Position numbers and translations under genes: made by a program. This document shows, one piece after another, positions 10,755 to 19,596 of a stretch of 64,000 nucleotides of DNA (positions within the stretch are counted from its first letter, which is position 1; every line of letters begins with the position of its first letter). The stretch is from an archaeon (lineage in GTDB: Archaea; Aenigmatarchaeota; Aenigmatarchaeia; GW2011-AR5). Below the pieces are notes generated by a model that made no database searches, had not been told where the DNA came from, and worked only from the letters and a program-made list of their open reading frames with translations. The stretch covers positions 35,173 to 99,172 of the forward strand of contig JANQNA010000008.1 in NCBI GenBank assembly GCA_028279825.1, read 5' to 3'.

Positions 10755-11462
10755 ATGAAAAAGCCCCAGACAGAGCACTGGCACAGGAATTCTGACACGG
10801 GACGTAATCTCCGCGAGGTTATCCTTGGTGGCCAGGATGGGCTCGTAAATGTGCTGGGTATTATACTTGCTGTAGCGACGGCTGCACAGGATGTTAAGAT
10901 CGTTATAATTGCCGGACTGGCTGCTACATTTGCTGAAAGCATCAGCATGGCAGCTGTTGCTTATACTTCTACAAAGGCTGAACGAGATTTCTATAAGTCA
11001 GAAGAAGCCAGGGAAAAGTGGGAGATGAAGCACTGGCCGGACAGAGAAAGAAAAGAGATATACGATATCTACAAGGCCAAGGGATTCAAGGGTAATATTC
11101 TAAATCAGATAGTCAATAAAATAACCTCCAACAAGAGACTGTGGCTAAAGGTAATGATGGAGGAGGAACTAAGGCTCTTTGAAGACGAATACAGGAATCC
11201 CGGCCGTTCAGCCGTAATAGTTGGTGTTGCTGCCATAATAGGATCATTAGTACCGCTTATACCGTTCCTGTTCTTTGGTATAGAAGGAGCGATTATCGGT
11301 TCTGTTGTGCTTTCGCTAATAGTTTTGTTTGTATCAGGCATGATTAAGGGACACCTGACAACAGGCAAGCTCCTGCGGAGCGCGACGGAAATGGCGTTAA
11401 TTGGTATGGGTGCTGCTCTAATAGGATACGGTATCGGAGCTGTGCTGGGTGTAGCTATATAG
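10755..11462 (+). CDS. VIT1/CCC1 family iron/manganese transporter
   Basis: LREVILGGQDGLV, AESISMA, MMEEEL. Confidence 0.9.
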   Translation: MKKPQTEHWHRNSDTGRNLREVILGGQDGLVNVLGIILAVATAAQDVKIVIIAGLAATFAESISMAAVAYTSTKAERDFYKSEEAREKWEMKHWPDRERKEIYDIYKAKGFKGNILNQIVNKITSNKRLWLKVMMEEELRLFEDEYRNPGRSAVIVGVAAIIGSLVPLIPFLFFGIEGAIIGSVVLSLIVLFVSGMIKGHLTTGKLLRSATEMALIGMGAALIGYGIGAVLGVAI

Positions 11463-11497
11463 GATATGATCAAATGATAAGTTTTCAAGTATTGAAT

Positions 11498-11890
11498 ATG
11501 GAACAATTTGCTGATAATTGGCTGTATCAGAAATATCTTACCGTACTGAACAAGTTTCTGGAAGAGAATCTGCCTTCTATAGATCATACTCATGTATTCC
11601 TTACCGGATCGTTTCTTACAGGAAAACTGAAAGAAACTTCTGACCTTGACTTGGATATAATCAGCCCGAACACAACCAGACAGGAGGTTGTAAAGGTGAT
11701 GATTGACGGAGTTGAGGTTGAGTATGCTACGTTCTCCTTCAAGATGATTGAAAACTGGCTTGATGGGAACGAATATAAAGAGAAGAAACTTCTTGCAAAG
11801 GCTGTTTCTAACTGGAGAATGATCGTGGGAAGGGAGTTTCCTCAGGAACTCGTGGATAAGGCAAAGAAAATCGTAGCTGCTGATTCTTAG
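11498..11890 (+). CDS. minimal nucleotidyltransferase (pol-beta superfamily)
   Basis: FLTGSFLTG...SDLDLDII. Confidence 0.7.
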   Translation: MEQFADNWLYQKYLTVLNKFLEENLPSIDHTHVFLTGSFLTGKLKETSDLDLDIISPNTTRQEVVKVMIDGVEVEYATFSFKMIENWLDGNEYKEKKLLAKAVSNWRMIVGREFPQELVDKAKKIVAADS

Positions 11891-11925
11891 TTGCTATTTA
11901 AAAAGATTGGTATCATGGTGATTGT

Positions 11926-12159
11926 ATGATATACCAAATGAGAGTTGACCCGCGGCACTCGGTCAGTCCAAAATTAGCACGTAAGGGCGTTCTAAGGGAA
12001 TTGAATTCTGCTGGAAATCAGTCAAGACCTCTTGCAGACCACGCTACGATATTTCCATATCCCTTGCTTGAGACAACGGAGCCTTTGACAGAAGAACAGA
12101 TACATGACCTGTTTAACAGACGTTATGTAATTCTAACTAAGCTTGATGAAGCTGCTTAA
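11926..12159 (+). CDS. hypothetical protein
   Basis: 77-aa ORF with upstream TTTAAAA TATA-like box. Confidence 0.45.
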   Translation: MIYQMRVDPRHSVSPKLARKGVLRELNSAGNQSRPLADHATIFPYPLLETTEPLTEEQIHDLFNRRYVILTKLDEAA

Positions 12160-12584
12160 ACGTCCAGAACTACATGGCATGTCCACTTGTTGCCCTTTTT
12201 GGCTACGTTAAACAGGTGCCACGTAACTGCTTTTACATCAACCAGCATTTCATGTATGTCTGTATTGATTGTTTCGCCTTCAAGCTGGGCAAACAGCCGA
12301 TAAGTAGGATCTTTTTCAATATCCACCTTTATTTTTGAGAACAGCATCAGATCACGGTCTTTTAGAAATACTATCTCATGAAGAAAATCATGAAGAAGTT
12401 TCTCAAGATTGTCATTTTCCAGCTTTATTGTCCTCTTTTCTTCTGTTTTAAGATCTGCTAATTCTTTAATCATGGTGTTTGTAACAGCCAAGCCAGCTGA
12501 CTCAAACAGTTCATTAAGCGAAGCACCCTCTGCTTCGAAAGCTACGTCCGCCACCGTTACGCCTTCAATATATCTGTAACTCAT
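12156..12584 (-). CDS. archease (RtcB cofactor)
   Basis: YRYIE..VADVAFEA.G, DVKAVTWH, C-terminal VLDV. Confidence 0.92.
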   Translation of the reverse strand: MSYRYIEGVTVADVAFEAEGASLNELFESAGLAVTNTMIKELADLKTEEKRTIKLENDNLEKLLHDFLHEIVFLKDRDLMLFSKIKVDIEKDPTYRLFAQLEGETINTDIHEMLVDVKAVTWHLFNVAKKGNKWTCHVVLDV

Positions 12585-12588
12585 GATA

Positions 12589-13317
12589 TCACTTGGCAGT
12601 AGCCTTTTTACATACAAAGTAAAGCACTTCTGACCTGTTTGTCGGGCGATCCCTGTCAGGGTCAGATATGGCTAAGACTTTGAAATGCTTTTTCAGCATC
12701 CTCAAAATTTTTTCCCTGGGAAAACTTACTTCAAGTATATTTTCTTCATGCAATCTGTACAAGTTGTCTCTTTTGTGCTCAAATATCCTCATTTTTGAGA
12801 GAACTTTGTTCTTTCCCAGTTTTTGCATCTCCTCGAATATGAAACTTTTTCCTATCTTCTTTGAGTGCTGTTCAGAAAGACTCCACGGTTTGAAGATGTT
12901 CTCCAGCACGTAAACATCGAAAATGAACAAACCGTTTTTGTTTAGATGTTCATCAGCTTTTTTAAAAACTTTTTTCCAATCACTTGCTTTGTGTAAATGG
13001 TTTATAGAATCAAATATGCAGAGAACGACATCGAATTTTTTATCCAGAGCGAAGCTCCTCATATCAGCCTGGAAAAAGTTTCCTTTCCTGACTTTCTTTT
13101 TTGCGATTTCAACCATTTCCTTTGACTGATCCAGTCCCCATACTTCATATTTTTTTGCCAGGGGTTTTACTATTTCACCTGTGCCACAGGCTAACTCCAG
13201 TATGGAATTTGCCTCTGGGTTATGTTTTCTGATCCATTTTCGTATATCAACAATCTTGTCTTTCGGATCATCCATCAGCTTATCGTAGTATTCAGCCATT
13301 TTGATATAGTTTTTCAC
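12589..13317 (-). CDS. class I SAM-dependent methyltransferase
   Basis: ILELACGTG, GLDQS..M, DMRSF, FDSINH. Confidence 0.88.
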   Translation of the reverse strand: MKNYIKMAEYYDKLMDDPKDKIVDIRKWIRKHNPEANSILELACGTGEIVKPLAKKYEVWGLDQSKEMVEIAKKKVRKGNFFQADMRSFALDKKFDVVLCIFDSINHLHKASDWKKVFKKADEHLNKNGLFIFDVYVLENIFKPWSLSEQHSKKIGKSFIFEEMQKLGKNKVLSKMRIFEHKRDNLYRLHEENILEVSFPREKILRMLKKHFKVLAISDPDRDRPTNRSEVLYFVCKKATAK

Positions 13318-13368
13318 AAATAAGATTTGTGCTCCATCCTTTTTAATTCTTCCTACTAAGTATTTTGG

Positions 13369-13980
13369 ATGATAACAACAATTATTTTTGATCTCGGTGA
13401 CGTGTACATAAAAGGAGCTTTTGGTGTTGAATACCGAATAGCGGAAATTACTGGTTTGAAACCGGATGCCATACTCAAATCATTGACTAGCACATTTTGG
13501 ACCCCCAATAACAAACAATTCTTGTATGGCAATATGAAAGAAGATGATTATTTGTCATGGCTGATTGAAGAGTTTGGGTGGAATATTAGCATTGAACAAT
13601 TGAAATCGGTCATACGTGAAAATTTTCAGGAAATTGAAGGAATGCGAGAAATAATAGAAAAGTTAAAGGAAAGGGGTTACAAACTAGGATTGTTGTCAGA
13701 TCATTCCAGGGAGTGGATAGACTACATCGAAGACAAATATAAGCATCACAAATTGTTTGATGTTATCCAGTATTCATTTGATGTAGGAACAGTAAAGGCT
13801 GAAAGGAAGATGTTTGAGTCGATACTTGAGAAATTGAAAGAAAGGCCGGAAAATTGCTTGTTTATTGATGACTTTGAAAAAAATACCGATGTTGCCAAGT
13901 CTCTTGGCTTAAGAACAATAGTTTTCAAGAACCCTGAACAACTTAGGGGAGAATTAAAGAACATGAAAATAGAAGTTTAG
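13369..13980 (+). CDS. HAD-family phosphatase
   Basis: IIFDLGDV, LLSD, CLFIDD. Confidence 0.88.
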   Translation: MITTIIFDLGDVYIKGAFGVEYRIAEITGLKPDAILKSLTSTFWTPNNKQFLYGNMKEDDYLSWLIEEFGWNISIEQLKSVIRENFQEIEGMREIIEKLKERGYKLGLLSDHSREWIDYIEDKYKHHKLFDVIQYSFDVGTVKAERKMFESILEKLKERPENCLFIDDFEKNTDVAKSLGLRTIVFKNPEQLRGELKNMKIEV

Positions 13981-14026
13981 ATCTTTATCTGTTATTTGGT
14001 TTTTTATACTTTTTTCTTATATTGAG

Positions 14027-14404
14027 ATGATGCATTATAGGGGTGAAGTTCTTGCCAGGGCCCTGATGAAGAGAGGGATAGACGAGGCTCCTGCAAGAAA
14101 AGCTGGAAGAGTACTGGCATACTATGAGACATCTCACGGAGATGAGAGATTTCCTTTGACCCAAAGGATAAGCTATATTTGGAGGGGCATGATAGCGTAT
14201 GGGGTAGAGCCCTATTTGGACGAATTAGAATGTTCGACACCAGTATTTGAGGATCCCAAAATGACCGACATATATCGTGCTTTGGATAGTATTGAAATTG
14301 GTGTTGCGGTAGGTGTTGAGATGGGGTTGCTAAATGTTTGTGAACATACCAAGTACGCTCTTTCCGCTAAAGGGACAGAGTTTTTTTCTTCTCTTTCAGT
14401 ATGA
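14027..14404 (+). CDS. hypothetical protein
   Basis: 125-aa ORF after a TATA-like sequence. Confidence 0.5.
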   Translation: MMHYRGEVLARALMKRGIDEAPARKAGRVLAYYETSHGDERFPLTQRISYIWRGMIAYGVEPYLDELECSTPVFEDPKMTDIYRALDSIEIGVAVGVEMGLLNVCEHTKYALSAKGTEFFSSLSV

Positions 14405-14630
14405 TATCGTGTCTAGCAACAGCAACCTCCACGACATTTGCAAAGACGTATTTTCTGTCAACTGAACTTCCATCAAGAGGGCTTATGCTGCCATCAATAT
14501 AAGCTTGAATCAGACTTTCTTCAAGTTGTTTAGCACTACCGTCATATGTAAGGTGTTCAGAAAGTCGCTGATCATGTCTTCCGGGTACTCCTCTTGATCC
14601 CCATTCAGCATGGAAAAGTCTTTCTGCCAT
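14367..14630 (-). CDS. hypothetical protein
   Basis: 87-aa ORF directly downstream of rtcB. Confidence 0.45.
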   Translation of the reverse strand: MAERLFHAEWGSRGVPGRHDQRLSEHLTYDGSAKQLEESLIQAYIDGSISPLDGSSVDRKYVFANVVEVAVARHDIILKEKKKTLSL

Positions 14631-14666
14631 GCGATTTCTATTTCAGAAAAGCATAAAAAGGATGTG

Positions 14667-16097
14667 CTAACCTTTCACGTTGCCTATGGGCGTGAACTTC
14701 ACGACTTTTTTGGATATGCCTGCTCGAGAAACAGATTCAATAACCTGGTCAACGTCTTTGTACGCTCCGCCTGCTTCTTCTGCCAGGCCTGAAAAGCTTC
14801 CCGTTTTTATGTAAATGCCACGTTTCTCCAGCTCTTTTTGAAGCTTGTCACCGCGGAACTGGCGCCTGGCTTGTGTACGACTCATTGTGCGGCCGGAACC
14901 ATGACACGTAGAACCGAATGTTTCTTTGCCCTTTTCCGTGCCAACTAGCAAGTATGAACCTGTTTCCATTGAACCGCCAATGATAACAGGCTGGCCTACA
15001 TCACGGTACTTTTCCGGAATCTCCGGATGCCCGGGCCCAAATGCCCGCGTTGCACCTTTACGATGCACGAGAACTTCGTGTTCTTTTCCGTCAATATCAT
15101 ACTTCTCGACCTTTGCCGTGTTATGGGTAACGTCATATATGCAACGCATGTCCATATCTTTGGCAGATTTTCCAAATACTTTGGAGAATACTTCACGGAT
15201 CCTGTGATTAATGACCTGGCGATTTGCAAAAGCCATGTTCATTGCGCCCTTCATGGCCTTGAAATAATCCTGGCCTTCTTTGCTCTGGAACGGTGCACAT
15301 GCGAGCTCACGATCCAGTATCTTGATTTTGTATTTTTTCTCCATGACTTCTAAAAACAGGTTCAGATACTCGGAAGCTATCTGGTGACCGAAGCCGCGAG
15401 ACCCGCAGTGGAACATGATGACAACCTGGTTTTCTTTCAGGCCTAATTTTTCTGCAACTTCCTTGTCGAATATATGACCCGGTTTGATTGTTTGTATTTC
15501 CAAATAATGATTACCAGAACCAAGAGTTCCTATCTGATTAAAACCACGATCTATTGCTTTCTTGCTGATGGTACTTGAATCTGTAGCCATACAGCCGTTC
15601 TCTTCTGTATTTTCCAAATCTTCTTCCCATCCATAGCCTTTTTCAACGGCCCACTTGGCACCTTTTTCTATGACTTCCAGAAATTCCTGTTTGTCTATCC
15701 TGACAAAGCCTTTTGTACCTACGCCCGATGGGACGCTCTTGAATAGCTCGTCGACAAGCTGTTTTAATTTTGGACGGACTTCATCTATTGTCAAGTTAGT
15801 TGCAACGAGTCTCATGCCACAGTTAATATCAAATCCTATACCACCAGGAGAAATTACACCGTCTTTGGTGTCCATGGCAGCTACCCCGCCTATTGGAAAG
15901 CCATAGCCTGAGTGTCCATCGGGCATACAGAATGAATAATTTACTATGCCCGGAAGCGTAGCTACGTTTGCGGCCTGGTCGAAGACGCGCTCATCCATCT
16001 TTTTGACTATGCCTTCCAGACCTATAATCTTCACAGGTACTTTCATACTCTCTTTTTTGGGTATTATCCATTCCGTATCGCTTTTTTTCTCTAACAT
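14667..16097 (-). CDS. rtcB: tRNA-splicing ligase RtcB
   Basis: MPDGHSGYGFPIGG, DINCG, GSGNHYLE, HCGSRG, HRKGAT, HGSGR, EEA..AYK; GGTGA RBS at 16104-16108. Confidence 0.97.
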   Translation of the reverse strand: MLEKKSDTEWIIPKKESMKVPVKIIGLEGIVKKMDERVFDQAANVATLPGIVNYSFCMPDGHSGYGFPIGGVAAMDTKDGVISPGGIGFDINCGMRLVATNLTIDEVRPKLKQLVDELFKSVPSGVGTKGFVRIDKQEFLEVIEKGAKWAVEKGYGWEEDLENTEENGCMATDSSTISKKAIDRGFNQIGTLGSGNHYLEIQTIKPGHIFDKEVAEKLGLKENQVVIMFHCGSRGFGHQIASEYLNLFLEVMEKKYKIKILDRELACAPFQSKEGQDYFKAMKGAMNMAFANRQVINHRIREVFSKVFGKSAKDMDMRCIYDVTHNTAKVEKYDIDGKEHEVLVHRKGATRAFGPGHPEIPEKYRDVGQPVIIGGSMETGSYLLVGTEKGKETFGSTCHGSGRTMSRTQARRQFRGDKLQKELEKRGIYIKTGSFSGLAEEAGGAYKDVDQVIESVSRAGISKKVVKFTPIGNVKG

Positions 16098-16195
16098 GTA
16101 AGTTCACCTATTATGTGCTAGAATCAGCACACATGCTTTTTACCATCGGAAATATTGACTCTTACTTCCGTTCTGGCAAGCATGTATGTAACATG
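16098..16195 (-). promoter_or_regulatory. structured rtcB 5' leader with bulge-helix-bulge/loop-like motif
   Basis: 8-11 bp outer helix, 3-nt AAA bulge, 4-bp helix, 3x1 loop, 7-bp inner helix; G-U pairs work only in mRNA sense; TATA-like TTTTAAG at 16213-16219. Confidence 0.6.
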
Positions 16196-16221
16196 ACTAC
16201 TTGATATATACGCTTAAAAGC

Positions 16222-16800
16222 TTATTTCATGGCTTTTTTTATCCTGTGTAATGCTGTTATGTTTGTAAGAACTGCCAACAGTGCAATAACGTGTGTCAGG
16301 AATAATGGATCAAAATAAGTAAACAGAATACCCAAAAACAGCACAATTACCCTGTCCGGACGACCAAGTCCCCCTGATGTGTTTTGCACTCGCTTCTCGG
16401 CAGCCGCTGCTTTAGCATATGTGGTCATCATTGAGCCAAATAGATATAATCCAGCCCAGAAAAATGACGGAAAGTAGAAGGATGGTAAAACAACAAGCAT
16501 AAGGGCCAGAATTACTATGGCTTCGCTATAACGATCAACAATTGTATCGATATATGCACCCTTATTGGTGGCTTCTTTTCTGTATCTTGCCACGGCACCG
16601 TCAATTGCATCAAAGAATGAAGCAATCAGGAACAGAACAGCAGCTATAATGAACTGTCCGGTGATCAGAAAATATGCCGTAGCCAGAGAGAAGAGCAAAC
16701 CTAAACCTGTATAGGTGTTGGCACTCATAAATCCAAAGGTCTTCCCGATCTTCTGCGAAGATCCTTTCAATTTTTTCCTGCTCTTGTAAAGAGTCATCAT
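16222..16800 (-). CDS. CDP-alcohol phosphatidyltransferase (archaetidylinositol-phosphate synthase-like)
   Basis: DAIDGAVAR...GAYIDTIVDR signature. Confidence 0.92.
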   Translation of the reverse strand: MMTLYKSRKKLKGSSQKIGKTFGFMSANTYTGLGLLFSLATAYFLITGQFIIAAVLFLIASFFDAIDGAVARYRKEATNKGAYIDTIVDRYSEAIVILALMLVVLPSFYFPSFFWAGLYLFGSMMTTYAKAAAAEKRVQNTSGGLGRPDRVIVLFLGILFTYFDPLFLTHVIALLAVLTNITALHRIKKAMK

Positions 16801-16889
16801 TTAGCCTTCTTTTTGTACTTCCTCTGGAAGCCTTTCTTGTAGGACTTGTACCTTTTTTTGTTTCTCTCAAAATTACTCGGATCCGCCAT
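16797..16889 (-). CDS. 30-aa highly basic microprotein
   Basis: MADPSNFERNKKRYKSYKKGFQRKYKKKAK; TTTTTAAA box about 22-30 nt upstream; ATGA overlap with next gene. Confidence 0.55.
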   Translation of the reverse strand: MADPSNFERNKKRYKSYKKGFQRKYKKKAK

Positions 16890-17589
16890 CTGTAGAAATT
16901 GGTTGCGCAGGTTTAAAAACCTCTGGATAGAGCTCTCTATACGCCCTATCTGCAAGGTCCATTACTTCATCAAAGTCCTTGCCTCTGTGCCTTAGTCTCA
17001 ATACTTCACGTATAACACTTTGCTTTGCCTCACGGGAACCACGCCTGCCTGTTATGTAAGCTACACTTTCGTCATCAAAGAAACCAGCGCCTTCCAAGTG
17101 TTTTACATCATGTTTTGTTGCCATGCCTATGACGTCGCGCGCTGTCAAAACTTGCCCATTTCGTGAAAATATGCCACCAAAATACTTGTAGTATGCAAAA
17201 CTATCAAACAATCTGATATCTTCTTCAGACATTCTAGGATTGAGAGCATGAAGGAACTCGTGAATTATTGTATGTTCCACGGACCTGTTGCCGTAATAAT
17301 CATCAATATGTATACGACTTGTTGGCGGCCAGTAAATAAGACCTGCACATCTTTCCTTATGTTTTTTGCCTTTCGTATCCTCTTTTTCAAGATAAAGAGG
17401 TCCGCCATGTTCTACATCGTAAACAGACAGGACATCGACAAAGTCACGTGCCGTCGGGTAATCCGCTATTCCATGCTTCCTGGTTATTTCTGGTGGTACT
17501 TTAACTGCACAGCCTGTTAATCCCGGCGTGATGATTAAGCCTGACAATAAAGCGGCTGAAACGGTATTCCTCAAGATCCCTCTTTTCAT
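16873..17589 (-). CDS. putative lipoprotein, zincin-like (HExxH)
   Basis: Signal peptide with LTGC lipobox; HEFLH motif. Confidence 0.6.
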   Translation of the reverse strand: MKRGILRNTVSAALLSGLIITPGLTGCAVKVPPEITRKHGIADYPTARDFVDVLSVYDVEHGGPLYLEKEDTKGKKHKERCAGLIYWPPTSRIHIDDYYGNRSVEHTIIHEFLHALNPRMSEEDIRLFDSFAYYKYFGGIFSRNGQVLTARDVIGMATKHDVKHLEGAGFFDDESVAYITGRRGSREAKQSVIREVLRLRHRGKDFDEVMDLADRAYRELYPEVFKPAQPISTDGGSE

Positions 17590-17639
17590 TGTCTTAGAAT
17601 GAGGGAAATGTTTAAAAATAGAAAAAATATGTGAAAAGC

Positions 17640-18152
17640 TTAAGCTTTTCCAAGTGTTTTTTCGCCTGGTTTCCAGTTAATCGGACAGAGTTCACCGGAC
17701 TGCAATGCTTTCAAAGTTCGCAGGGTCTCTTCAACATTGCGCCCTACGGACAAATCAGACATTACGATATATCTTACAACACCTTCCGGGTCTATAATGA
17801 AGGTACCCCTGTAAGCTATGCCCTGGTCTTCTTTTAGAACATTGAACATTCTGCTTATATTGTGTGTTGTATCTGCAATCACAGGAAACTTAACTTCCGG
17901 AAGATCTCTTTCGAACCATGCCTTGTGGCTAAAAGCACTATCGGTACTTGCACCAATGACAACAGCATTGCTCTTTTTGAATTCTTCTTCGTGTTTTGCG
18001 AAATCTCTTATTTCTGTAGGACACACAAACGTGAAATCCAACGGATAGAAGAACAAGACAGTCCATTTACCTCGCGGCAGGCTTATCTTCTTCATTTCAC
18101 CGTTCACATATGCTTCCTCCGTAAAATCAGGTACTTTTTCACCTATTTTCAT
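17640..18152 (-). CDS. ahpC: 2-Cys peroxiredoxin (AhpC/Prx1)
   Basis: FYPLDFTFVCPTE, GRNVEE, LCP. Confidence 0.93.
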   Translation of the reverse strand: MKIGEKVPDFTEEAYVNGEMKKISLPRGKWTVLFFYPLDFTFVCPTEIRDFAKHEEEFKKSNAVVIGASTDSAFSHKAWFERDLPEVKFPVIADTTHNISRMFNVLKEDQGIAYRGTFIIDPEGVVRYIVMSDLSVGRNVEETLRTLKALQSGELCPINWKPGEKTLGKA

Positions 18153-18303
18153 GTTATCAACTCCCTAATAGATGTTCATACTATGATCTTTATTTTCTTA
18201 AGTCTTATTTTAACAGTTAAAATTTTGATTTAACTGCTTTGATGTAATTGTGAATTTTATCAATCAAGTTCTTAAATTTGAGAAACAATATATTAATAGA
18301 GTT

Positions 18304-19110
18304 ATGTTGTTTGATAAACCACAGGATATAGAAGCCTATAAGATTTGGCTACAAAAATACCACGGGGAAGATGTAGAAAAAATAAGAAAATGGTTTGAGT
18401 TGGTTTCGAAAGATATTAAAGACAAATTTGAAAATTCTAGTTTTTGGACAGAATTGTTGGAAAAAAATCGCACATATTCTTATGATTATAAGAAAGATAC
18501 AGGTTGTGATCTTTTGATTTCAAGTTCAAATCCCACTGTATCAACAAAAGATTTTGACTCCTTACTTGATAAGAGTTTGAGACTTAATATTTTAAATAAT
18601 AAAAATTGGCCTGAGCCGCCCGACGATGGCTGGTTTCTCCCCAATAACTGGTTTTCAAGAATTGGAGACATTATTAGAACTAGAATCATTGTTAAATATT
18701 TAGATGGTGTTGAGTTTCTTATACCCAGAATAGAAACCCTTGCAAGAGAAAACAAGATTGTCTTTGAAAATCCAATTTTTAAATCAGACGAAGCAGGCTA
18801 CTATGCTGTGCACTTATATGTATGTGACACCTTTGAGGTTTATGGAATAGATTTTGATACTGAAAAAATGAAAATTAAGATAGAAATTCAATTGACAACA
18901 CAGCTGCAGGAAATTATATTAAAATTATTGCATAAGTATTATGAAGCTAGAAGAAAAAAAACTAAGAATAATGAGGAAATTCCATGGCAATGGAATTATA
19001 AAAATAACGAGTTCGCTACGAACTATCTTGGTCATATACTTCATTATATTGAGGGTATGATTGTTGATATTAGGCAGAAACAGGAGAGTGATTCAAATGG
19101 AGCAATTTGA
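18304..19110 (+). CDS. RelA/SpoT-like nucleotidyltransferase (small alarmone synthetase-like)
   Basis: STKDFDSLLDK, GDIIRTRII, GYYAVH and EIQLTT correspond to the Syn1-4 motifs; start uncertain (18250 or 18304). Confidence 0.72.
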   Translation: MLFDKPQDIEAYKIWLQKYHGEDVEKIRKWFELVSKDIKDKFENSSFWTELLEKNRTYSYDYKKDTGCDLLISSSNPTVSTKDFDSLLDKSLRLNILNNKNWPEPPDDGWFLPNNWFSRIGDIIRTRIIVKYLDGVEFLIPRIETLARENKIVFENPIFKSDEAGYYAVHLYVCDTFEVYGIDFDTEKMKIKIEIQLTTQLQEIILKLLHKYYEARRKKTKNNEEIPWQWNYKNNEFATNYLGHILHYIEGMIVDIRQKQESDSNGAI

Positions 19111-19531
19111 AAGATATTTCAACGTCTTAGGTATTGATGCAACAAAAAGAATGCGGATACGTGTGATATTTGATTTTTATAAGAGTATCTCCGAGGATGA
19201 GATTATTGATATTTTTATCAATACTAGGATCAACAAAGATTCTGAAACGGTATTTGATAGTTTGTTCTTTTTTACGGAAAAATCTGTTATGGAGGCAAAA
19301 TCCTTTTTGACAAAAGACCAATTTGATTTGGATTTTTTAAAAGAGCGTGTTGCCTATTGGGAAATAACAAAGGAAAATTATGACTTTGAAAATGCAACAG
19401 CAGACTCTCGCTTGAGTATCTTTGCCAAATTGAAAAGGCCTTCTGTTTTGAATTTAACGGCAGAAGGAAACAACTGTGATGAATTAAGAAGGATATTCAA
19501 GAAGTTCATTGTCGCTAATCAAAATATTTAA
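19097..19531 (+). CDS. hypothetical protein, partner of the RelA/SpoT-like gene
   Basis: Overlaps upstream stop; GGAGAGTGA RBS; same AT-rich composition. Confidence 0.7.
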   Translation: MEQFERYFNVLGIDATKRMRIRVIFDFYKSISEDEIIDIFINTRINKDSETVFDSLFFFTEKSVMEAKSFLTKDQFDLDFLKERVAYWEITKENYDFENATADSRLSIFAKLKRPSVLNLTAEGNNCDELRRIFKKFIVANQNI

Positions 19532-19596
19532 TTTATAAATATGTTTGAAATATGGTTTAAATCCTGCTAATAAAGATTGATGTTCAATAATGATAT

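Noticed and set aside
11498-12159. MNT-HEPN toxin-antitoxin pair
   Set aside because: The downstream 77-aa ORF has its own promoter and no convincing HEPN fold or Rx4-6H context.
14667-16097. Intein in RtcB
   Set aside because: Length of 476 aa and contiguous motifs show no insertion.
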